From the human T2T-CHM13v2.0 reference genome, Homo sapiens, in assembly GCF_009914755.1 (NCBI RefSeq), contig NC_060932.1: a DNA stretch of 64,000 bases; one strand, given 5' to 3'. Below are positions 53,201 through 64,000 of this stretch, in pieces. The notes below the pieces were generated by a model that had not been told where the DNA came from, did no database searches, and saw only the letters and a program-made list of their open reading frames with translations. Every line of letters begins with the position of its first letter. The first letter of the stretch is position 1. The translations under genes were made by a program, and so were the position numbers.

Positions 53201-53323
53201 CACTAGCACATAGAACTCTGTGCACGGTAGTCATTCCTCTTTTAGGAACAAGAAAATTTCAGCTAATTGAAGATTTACTATCTAACCAAAATATACAACT
53301 ACTGGATAACTAAGAAAATGCTA

Positions 53324-53662
<339 letters not shown>

Positions 53663-53701
53663 TCATAGCAAAGTTTACTAAATTAATATGTTTATATTTC
53701 T

Positions 53702-54010
53702 TTTCTTTTCTTTCTTTCTTTTTTTTTTTAGACTGAGTCTCCCTGTGTTACCCAGGCTGGAGTACAGTGGCACTATCTCAGCTCACTGCAACCTCTGCCT
53801 CTGGATTCAAGCGATTCTTCAGCCTCAGCCTCCCGAGTATCTGGGATTACAGGCACCCACCACCATGCCCGGCTAATTTTTTTCTTTTTTTAGTAGAGAC
53901 AGGGTTTCACCATGTTGACCAAGCTGGTCTCAAACTCCTAGCCTCAGTTGATCATCTGCCTCGACTTCCCAAAGTGTTGGGATTACAGGCGTGAGCCACT
54001 GTGCCCGGCC
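53702..54010 (-). mobile_element. AluS, tail-to-tail with the preceding Alu
   Basis: Full antisense dimer; TSD TATGTTT(A/G)TATTTCT. Confidence 0.93.
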
Positions 54011-54933
54011 TATGTTTGTATTTCTAAAGCCTGAAGTTCAAAACCACATACTAGTTGGAAGAGGCTAGATCCTAGGCCAGGTATACAACTCAAAACCAAA
54101 GACTCTTCATTCTCTACTGTACCAGGAGATTTGGCCACTTTTACAGATCTGGAAGTTAGTCTCATATTAAGATTAAGTCATTATCTCTCAATTCATCTAT
54201 CACAAACATATACACAAATAATAATAAATAACATCCTCTTATAGAACTTCAAATTTTGCAAAGTACTTTAATTATCTTCATGTTCTATGCCCACAATTGT
54301 CAGAGGTGGTGTTCAATTCCCATATTTTAGGTAGACTAGGAGACCAGGATCTCCACTATTAACTTCCTCAACCACCTCCGTCCTCACCTGTAATGGCTTT
54401 AATTCCCAAGGACTCTTATTCAAGAACCACATTTCCTACGTATCTGTGTGATCTTGGCCAACAAGAGTAGGTAACACTTGCTAAGCCCTTACTATGTGCC
54501 AAGAATGAGTCTAAATACTCTACTTCTATTAACTCATTTATTGCCTTCTTTCATTTTGCTAATTGCCTAAGAGTTAGCTATATTTTTGCAGAGTAAAATA
54601 ATATATAACATTAATGGAGTGCTTACTATTCTAAGTATATAATTGTATTAACTTAGTTTATGCTCACAACATTGTTAGATAGATCTCATTGTGCTTCTCA
54701 GCTTTTAAGATGAGTAAACTAAATCACAGAGTAATTATGTAATTCGCTTAAGATCATGGAGCAAAAGCCAGAATTCAAACCCAGGCACTGGGGTCCCAGA
54801 GGTCTCATACTTACTTTTCAGGTCATGTTGCCTGAGCTTTATTCTCTTTATTTGTAAAACTGGCTAACGCAAAGGTATCTACATCAAATGGTTGTTGGAA
54901 TAATTGCATAAGATATTCGCTTGAAAATATTTT

Positions 54934-55237
54934 GGCCAGGCACGGTGGCTCATGCCTGTAATCCCAGCACTTTGGGAGGCCAAGGTGGGCGGATCGCCTG
55001 AGGTCGGGGGTTCGAGACCAGCCGACCAACATGGAGAAACCTTATCTCTACTAAAAATACAAAATTATCCGGGCATGGTGGCGCATGCCTATAATCCCAG
55101 CTACTCGGGAAGACTGAGGCAGGAGAATTGCTTGAACCTGGGGGGCAGAGGTTGTGGTGAGCCGAGATTGCACTATTGTACTCCAGCATGGGCAACAAGA
55201 GTGAAACTCCATCTCAAAAAAAAAACAAACAAAAAAA
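54934..55237 (+). mobile_element. AluSp inserted in a MIR
   Basis: gaccaacatggagaaacc and caacaagagtgaaactcc; TSD GAAAAT(A/G)TTTT. Confidence 0.93.
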
Positions 55238-56734
55238 GAAAATGTTTTGTAAGTGCTAGAAAATAACATGTAAGTACTAGATATTATTGTAACTATGGGG
55301 AACAGTTAAACTAGAAACCAATATTGACTGTTGAGTACCCAGTGAGTTCACCTGAAAAGACAGGATTAACATTTGTTGAATGCCTACTAGCTGACAGTGG
55401 GGTTTTTAAAAACTCCTATTGCCTTATTTTGAGATTTTTGATGGCCAATGTATAAAAGAGCAAACAAAAGTTCGGAGAAGATTTAGTAATATGTCTATAT
55501 GACTCATCTGGAAAACAACACAGGCAGAATTAAAAGCCGAGTGTGACCATGTCTGAGACCTACTTTCTTTCTATTTCACCATGATGATTTATGAGAACAA
55601 AGGAGATTGTCTCCCTATGGAATGTGGTCATGAGATGCTCATTTTGCTTCTCTTCTTTAATGATGAATAAAGTTATCATATGGAGTATTGTACTATTGAA
55701 AATAAAATATTTCTCTGTTTTCTGAGTTTTCTCATCCTGAAAGCCAAATTTCTCAACTAGAAAATTTCCATTTTAAGATTTAAGTTTTAGTTTATCTAGA
55801 TCATTTATTTAAAAACTGCTGGACCCATTTTACATACTTGGGTTTCAGGCCTTGTGCTGACAAATTTCCAAGGAAGGGAAATGAGTCTCAAATGTAGCCA
55901 GATTCCAAGGATGGGCAGAGTAACACATAGGAAATGCCTTCAGAAGTTCTTTGTCCTAAATTTAAACATGAGCTTCCCATCAAAACTTGGATTCAAGTCC
56001 TCACTCTTGTTTTTACTGTGTGTGATTATAAACAAATAATGTAATTTTCAGAACTTCATTTCAGAAAATGGGATTATTACATCTGCCTCATATGCCTCTA
56101 TGCAATACATAGTATTAAATAAAATGTGGCTGTCACACAGTAAATGTCCAATAAATGTTCATTTTCTTTCTACCAGTTCCTTTCTAGAATAAAGCTTTGG
56201 ATAACTAGAAGTGAAATCAAATTCATTGCCATATTCCTGGAAGTCAGGAGTGGCAGATAAAGATAAGTTCATATTGGAAGGCTAGAGAATGCCAACAGTT
56301 AGCTTTCTTTGGGCTTAAGTGGAATATATCAGTTAGGACCCCTGGTATATACATTACATAAAAGAATAACTTTTAAATGTCATTAATTCTGGAGTTAAAA
56401 GGAGAAGAGTAGTTGGGCCAGTGTGATGGCTAAAATAATGATAGATGGAGTAAGATGTGGTGTCAGGAATTTAACTTTATTTTCATCCCCTTAACAGGGA
56501 CTTGATGGGAATTGTCATGTGCTTCTTGAGTATGAAGTCATTTCTTTCCTTGCTCCTGCATGCTATTCACACAGAGGCCACTCCAGGGAAAAGCATATTC
56601 TCATTCATGAAATAAACTTCTGGCCTGAATCCCTGTCTTCTTTTTTTCTCATTAGATGATGGGGTCTGTCGGCTGGCATTTATTAGGAAATTGATGTGAT
56701 TTAGAGCAATCAGAGGATGCTCTGATCAAATTTA

Positions 56735-57150
56735 ACTTCTTCCAGTTCCTTGAATGGCACAAGCCCTTTTTTGCTTCGGGGCCTTTGCACATGCTCTTTC
56801 CCCTCCCTGCCTGGGAGTGCTTCCCTTTCTCCATGCTGCTTCAGGCCTTATTTGTTCAGAGAATTGTTCTGTGACCCCACCCATCTTCCTGAGACACCCA
56901 TCTTCCCAAGACTAGTTAGTGTCCTGTAGGTTTCCGGGCATTTAATATGTCATTTTCTCAGCATTCTATGTCATTCTTTGTTCACTAGATTCCTCCCCTG
57001 AGTATTATGTAACTGCAGCGAGGACTTGATCTGTCTTGCTCACTGCTGTATCTCTGTGATCTGCACCATGTGCAGCACATACCAGGCACTCAAATAAATG
57101 TTTCTTAAATGAGTTCATAAAAGAATGACTGAATGAAAATGAATGAGTCA
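56735..57150 (+). mobile_element. L2 3' region, followed by a MIR (~57160-57330)
   Basis: gggcctttgcacatgctc...tgctcactgctgtatctc...ggcactcaaataaatg...gaatgaa. Confidence 0.75.
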
Positions 57151-59280
57151 AGTTCTTGTGATGTAGCAGAAAGAATATTGAACTGTGAAACAGAATGCCT
57201 CAGTACCATTCTTAGCTTCAATTTTAACTAGCAAAGTGACATCTAGGCCACTTTAATTTCTTATGCTTAAAGAAGCTTATATATTATTATCTCAAAAGGT
57301 TGTGAGAATTAAATCAAGTGTCTGTGTATTGGTGGATGCTTGGTGAAAAGTGAGTTCTTTCTCACCGTGAGATTAATCATGGATGGAATTGTGTGATCAC
57401 TAAGGTTTCAAGAATTGGCTGTGTTACTGAAAATCATTGGCCAAAACACCATCTCCTGGCCTACTGATCAGGTAGAAGCTGTGAAAGAACTTAATCTTGA
57501 GGAGCTACTGGGAAGGTGGGAATCTGAAGGTGGGACCTATGTCCTCACTTTTTCCTTCTGGAGGGGAATGTGGATCTGGATGGGGGCATGGATGGCACCT
57601 CTCAGTGAGACAGGCCTCTTTCGGGAAGACTCCTGCTCTGGCATCAATGACCCTAGTCATAAAGATTGTTCATTTTCTAGTTTTCTGGGCTTCAAAGCAA
57701 CATATATGAAGTGCCATAGGCTGGAGGGAAGCACACACCCTTTCTCTCTCCTGCAATGACTTTTGTGCTACAGGGAATCCTGAGAAGTATTGAGGAACTC
57801 TTTGAGGTTCTTTGGAAATGTGAATGTTATATATCCTCATTAGCTCCTGCTCCTGGCACTGGACTGGAGGTTCTTGGATATACCTGCCAATGTGTTGTGC
57901 TGGGGTTACTTTCCATTGAAATACCTCAAAAAAATATTGCAAAGACAAAATTATAGATCCAGAAGCTAAAAACTTCTGGCAGCTCCTTCCTTGAGAGATC
58001 CCTTGCCTAATTATCAATTCCAACCATAGTGCATGAAGGAACTGGATGCTAGATCCTTATTAAATCATGCTTTTATGGGGGATGGGTGGGACACCACTGA
58101 AATGGACCCTGGCAGGCAGGCCCCTACAAAATGCTCTTTGGCTAGCCCAGACAATGGGAAGATGTGATTTCCTGCTTGTTGTGGAGGCCTTGGAGTCTAG
58201 GCATTGTTTTGTTTATTTTCTGCTCTGCTATGGGATTTTGGAAAATCTAGAGCATTTCTCTACACTTTATGTGACACTAATTAGACTACAAACCTGTCAC
58301 ATGGAGGGATCTTGGACTTTGGGGCGAGACTAAACTGAGCTTAAAGCCCATCTTTCTACTTATCAGTGATGTGACCATGGACTCATCACTTAACCTCTCT
58401 CAGCCCATTTCTTAACACTATAAAAATGTCTACTTTTGGGGGTCGTTTTGGAGTTCAAATGAGTCAACATATGCAAAGGGCCTACAAGTACCTACCAACT
58501 AGTAAACAAGGTATCCCTTTCCTTAATACTGCTGTTTATTTTTTAAAAAGTGAATGAGATAATTATCTAGAAAAGTAGTGTTTTTGTGGATATAAGTTTG
58601 TCAATCAAGGGCAATTGTTTTCCACCCAAATATATTTGAATATTCTTGAGTCTTAAATAAATTTAATATTTATTTACAACATGTTATAAATATAATATGC
58701 AAATATAGTATACAAAATAACACCTGATTGGGTGGCTGGCAATTTATGACACCAGGAATAATAGAGGTAAAACCTTTAACATTTTGTTTTTATAATTTAT
58801 AAGTTTTTCATACGGCTCACAATAAAATCACATATTCAGTCGGATCAATAATCATGAAAACTGAGACAACAGAAGTAACACCGATGGAAGAGAATAAAAT
58901 TGTAAAAAAAAAAAAAAAGGATTATATGGTGACAGTGCTTGAGCTTTTGTCAGGTATTCAGCTTCCAAATAGCTGAAGCAAAAAAGGGAAACATGAAGAA
59001 TTATAAAAAGTCTCAACTTTTATGCAAGGAACCCCATTTACATTATCTCATTTAAGAGCCACAAATTACTTACAAGGTTAAAAAATGAAGTACACTGGTG
59101 TCAAGTATCTTTTCCAGCTTCCATAGCAACCAAGGGCAGACCATAATCCATCTAACTAGAAACTCTATACTCTTTCCACAGCATTGTGCTCAGAATGAGG
59201 GGAGTGTCTCGCCCTTTCCCTGCTGCCTCTGTCTAACAAAGATGTGACTCTGATCATCATATAGAAATATAGAATTCCTA

Positions 59281-60792
59281 AAACCAATATAGAATGCCCA
59301 AAGAGCCTGAATAGCCAAAGAAATCCCAAGCAAAAAGAACAAAGCTGGCAGCATCACATTACCCAACTTCAAACTATATTATAAAGCTATAGTTACCAAA
59401 ACAGCATGGTACTTGTACAAAAATAGACATATAGATGAATGGAACACAATAGAGAAACCAGAATTAAGCCCAGACACCTACAACCATCTGATGGTCAACA
59501 AAGTTGATTTAAAAAATCAATAGGGAATGGACTCCCTATTCAATAAATGGTGCTGGAATAACTGGCTAGCCATATGCAGAAGAGTGAAACTGGGCCCCTA
59601 CTTTTCACCATATACAAAAATTAACTCAATGTATATTAAAGATTTATATGTAAGACCTCAAACTATAAAAATCCTAGAAGAAAACTTAGGAAATACCATT
59701 CTGGACATCAGCCTTGGGGAAAAAAAATGTATGACGAGGTCATCAAAAGCAATTACAACATAACCAAAAATTTACAACTGGGAACTAATTAAACTGTAGA
59801 GCTTCTTTACAGCATAATAAACTGTCATGGGCATCAACAAAAAACTTGCAGAATGGGAGAAAGTATTCACAAAATTTGCATCTGACAAAGGTCTAATATC
59901 CAGAATCTACAAGGAACTTAAACAATTCAACAAGCAAAAAACAACCCCATTAAAAAGTGGGCAAAGGACATGAACAGACACTTCTCAAAAGAAGACAGCC
60001 AACAAACATAGAAAAAAATGCTAAATATCACTAATCATCAGAGAAATGCAAGTCAAAACCACAATGAGATACTGTCTCATGCCAGTTAAATGGCTATCAT
60101 TAAAAAGTCAAAAAATAATACATGCTGCAGAGGCTGCAAATAAAAGCAAATGGTGGTAATGTAAATTCATTCAACCATGTGGAAAGGAGTTTGGAGATTT
60201 CTCAAAGAGCTTAGAACTAACCTTCAATCCAGCAATCCCATTACTGGATATATACCCAAAGGAAAATAAATGATTCTACCAAAACTACACACACACTAGT
60301 ATGTTCATTGCAGCACTAGTTACAATAACATACATGGAATCAACCTAGCTGACCATCAATGGTGGATTGGATAACGGAAATGTGGTAGGTAGAAAACATG
60401 GAATACTACACAGCCATAGAAAAGAACAAAATCATACCCTCTGAAGCAACATGGATGCAGCTAGAGTCCAGTATCCTAAGTGAATTAACACAGCACAGGA
60501 ACAAAAAAGCAAATACCACATGTTCTCTCTTATAAGTGAGAGCTAAACATTGGATACATATTGGCATAAATATGGGAACAAAACAATAGACATTTGGGAC
60601 TACTAGATGGGTGAGAGAGAGAGAGCAAAAGTTGAAAAATTACCTATTAGGTACTATGCTCACTACTTGGGTGATAAGATCATTAATACCCCAAAACTCC
60701 ACATTCAAAATATGCTTTATACAGCTATACATGTAACAAAACTGTATATGTACCCCCTGAATCTAAAATAAAATTTGAAATTATAACAAAAG
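59281..60792 (+). mobile_element. L1PB3/4-like 5'-truncated LINE-1 (decayed ORF2 3' part plus 3' UTR)
   Basis: ORF2 remnant ([17 protein letters not shown]); L1PB-type 3' UTR; degenerate TSD AGAAATATAGAATTCCTA/AGAAACATAGAATCTTTA. Confidence 0.9.
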
Positions 60793-60859
60793 AGAAACAT
60801 AGAATCTTTATTGTATTTACTGCCCACAGTCTGCGGACGCAGAATGGAGAGGATTCAGT

Positions 60860-61060
60860 GTCATGCTACACATGGCTTAACCTATTCAATTTACAACACT
60901 CCTTTAACATAAGGATGATCACAAACCCCATTTTATGAACGTAAAACTGAGACACAGACCAGTTGAATGAGTTGTCAGCTATCACGTCATAATCTAATAG
61001 ATGACATAGCCCATGTGGACGCTACACCATTTGGTTCCAGACCCCAGGTCTCAATTACTA
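60860..61060 (-). mobile_element. MIR fragment
   Basis: ccccattttatgaacgtaaaactgagacacaga. Confidence 0.55.
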
Positions 61061-63469
61061 CAGTAGATTACCTTAGTAAAGCCTGTGACTTTGATCCCAT
61101 CTACCTATGAGAAATAAGGAAGCCCGTAAGGCCAGGAAATGCTGGAAAGAAGCAGAGTGGAAATCTAAGACCCCAGTTGAGTTTGGGGTCCTTCCACATA
61201 AAAAGCATTTAGTCTGTGTGGTTTGAACCTGAATCACCTGCTAGGGAGGCCTGAAAGGCTCTGATCAGTTGCCAAGGATCCAAAGCCTTTAGAGAAAAGG
61301 AGACTAGACCTCAGGATAAAATAGGCTCAGAGGAGTGAGGAGGGAGGTGGGAATGCTTTTTGGTGGAGGAAAGAACATCTTCCCTGGGTATCCTAAAATT
61401 CCTTCTCTGGGATTTCCAGGAAGTAAAGAGTATATGTCCCAAGCCAGGATTCTTGGCTCCATTATCTGAGTATACTTACATGTGGTAATTAACATTAATA
61501 TATCAGTATGATTTCCAAAATCTTAAAATCAATGGCTTAATTCATTGCTTAATGAAAATAAATCTTCTACCAATAGTGTTCTATCCAACTTATCCTTTCT
61601 GAGTCATTCTGATGATTATTTCTGTGGGAATTTCTGGATCTCTCATAGTGATGATAATATGTTGATTGACTGATGATTGATTGATTCACAGTCTTGTTGC
61701 AGAAATGTTTTAAGCAGCTTCCTTAAAACATAGCAAGTTACTGTAAGTTGGCCCAAGGTAGAGAAGAAAACAAAATTTTTTTAAAGGAAAAAGATTCAGA
61801 ATGACCTTCCAAATTGCTAGGGAGCGATCACAAATTATTTTAAGCATTACAGCAGTCACTGAAAAACAAGAACAGAATAAAACAAAAAAAAGGTAGTCAC
61901 ACAACTCTATGTGTACATAGTAGATAGAAACGTGCACTAGGTACTTAACATGACTTTTCTCTAATCCTAGCAAAATCTTTGCAAGATAAGTAGCATCATC
62001 TCTGTAACTACAGTAGGAATTAGGACAGAAGTCTAGCTCAGTGTTCCACTGATGTAATATTTGAAGCCAAATATATTTAGTTCCCGAGTCTGTGTTCCTG
62101 TCAAAGAAAGATGCTGTTTCTCTTCATTGTGCGTGGAGAAGCTTTAGTGGACCTATAACCTAGTGGGTTTTCTTTTTTCTACCTTCCTTTGCAGAGATTC
62201 TAGGGAAATGTATGAAGTTGCAAAGTGATTACATTACAGGAGGGCAGCCAGCAAACCTGCCAAGTTGAGTGTGAGTATTTGTTCAATACTTACATCAGGG
62301 TGAAGTTCAAAGACATGCAACTCTTGCAAAAAGCCAAGACATAGGTCTTTTAGACTGAGCCCCTTGCAGTTTCTTGAACTAGTTTCTCAAGTCTATTATC
62401 TCCACCTGCCACCTCCCTGTGTTCTTGTGAAAGGAAACCCCTCAACCCATATTTTATAAGCTCAAATGAAGCCTTTCCCCCACATACTCTCTCTTACCAG
62501 CAGATTCTGTATCTTTTTGTTATACTTGGCTGGACAGTCGTGATTGATACCTGCATACTGCCCTTCTAATCCCAACTGTGTAGCTCCATAGCAATCTCAC
62601 TTCTGAAAGAGCTGTCTTTACATTTTACACTTGCGAGAGGCCAACTTTTCTGTCTATAGAATAAATGTTGGCACTTCACCATGCTTTCTAAGTCGTTGCC
62701 TATTTTTCTTTTCTTTTTTTATTTTTTTTAAGTTTCCACTATCCTCACTGGGAGAAAACTGAACCAATAACCTAGTTCAAAGGCATGTTTTAAAAGAAGC
62801 AATCAAATGAACATTTATGAGATAGCTGTTGTTACTTTTTGTGTTTTAGATGCTTATTTTCCAATTGCTTTCTGAGGAGCATCCCCAGCGGAGATTGACC
62901 CCTATATCATTGCACATATGACCTAGTTCAAGGGGGGTTCCCGTGGTCCACCTTTCCACAAGTAATAGAGGTAAATGAGTTATGAGGCTAAGCTATGACT
63001 TCAGTTAGCCAATGAAAGTCTTGCTGCCAAGTACATGCGACAGTGAAGGTCAGATTATTACAGTAGTGGTCTCAGCAGCACCTTCCTAAGGGTAATGAGA
63101 GTTATGTTGGCTGAGGCTATGGAGATGTTGGATAAGGTCGATCTCAACACAATCCCCTATACCTTCTTACCATGAACCATACATAGATGTTACTGTCTTT
63201 ATTTTAATTACTCAACTCAATTTTTATGTACATGTCAGTTGCCCTAATAAATCATATTCTCCCTAAAGCTAAAAGCTATGTTTTCTTTGTCCTCTTTCTT
63301 ACCTCCAGAGGTTGGCACAGCACTGGATGGGGTTGAGAGGTAATGTGAAGAACAAGGGAAAGAGCCACCAGTGCAAAGGCATGGAGGTGAAAGACAGTAT
63401 AATCTGGTCCAGGATTCAAGTAGAATAGAAAGGAGGCCTTCTCAGACCCACTCTGAAATTCATTTTCTC

Positions 63470-63999
63470 TGTGGGATAGATTAATTGCAAAAATGACCCA
63501 AATTCTTTACCCTTCCTATAGCCTCGCCCTTTGCCATATAACTTTGCATTGCCTCACACTCTAACTCTGGGCGTAACCATCTGACTTCTTTTGGCCCATG
63601 GGGTATGAGCGTGCGTGACACAAGCACAGGTTCGAAAGTGTTTGTACAGTTGCTCTTGATTACTGTTGTAGTTCTGCCACTGCTGTGAGAATATATCTGG
63701 ACTACCCTGAAGAAGGATGAATGACAAGTTGTCCTTGATTGTCCTGGTTGAGGCCATATTAGGTCAGCAGACAGCCTGTAAATCCAGAAGTCTAGACAAG
63801 AGCAGCAGAACTACCAGACAACTCATGGCTGAATACGCACTATGGGAAAGCCCAGGTAGCATCAACAAATACTCCTCTCCTCAGAGGACTGGAGTCCTCT
63901 GAGCAGACACAGGAGCAAAATAAACATTGATTGCAGTATGCCACTGAGGGGTGTGGTTGTTCATAGCACAGGATTTTGTGGCAGTAAATAACTAACACA
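63470..63999 (+). mobile_element. MLT1H-like MaLR LTR
   Basis: tgtgg...gcaaaaatgaccc...ccctttgccatataactttgca...gccactgag...ataactaacaca. Confidence 0.75.
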
Positions 64000-64000
64000 T

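Noticed and set aside
57415-58333. Cluster of 66-117 aa ORFs in apparently unique DNA
   Set aside because: No recognisable domain, overlapping on both strands, no convincing exon structure; consistent with chance
59527-59763. ORF with LINE-1 ORF2p similarity
   Set aside because: Remnant of a truncated, frameshifted L1PB element; not a functional CDS

Overview
Human (hominid) non-coding genomic DNA, AT-rich and dominated by interspersed repeats; I find no supportable protein-coding gene, and the long ORFs in the track derive from SVA, Alu, L1 or MIR sequence. The window opens inside a minus-strand human-specific SVA_F1 carrying a captured piece of MAST2 exon 1, apparently with a further ~320-bp 5' transduction. 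The most unusual structure is at 11157-15433: an ~800-bp inverted duplication, an ~390-bp direct duplication and a 64-bp inverted duplication around a 1.4-kb segment. These fit a three-junction template-switching inversion, with two perfectly identical tracts (152 and 133 bp) that suggest gene conversion between the arms. Other observations: a 66-bp templated insertion with a 7-bp target duplication copied from 7 kb away, a consensus CTCF site in a CpG-rich LTR, a 17-bp-stem hairpin with SOX/NFI motifs, a candidate non-coding exon, a post-AluY deletion scar and several recent micro-duplications. I found nothing I can support as a wholly new biological system. Repeat subfamily calls are by eye from remembered consensus sequences, and boundaries of old repeats are approximate.
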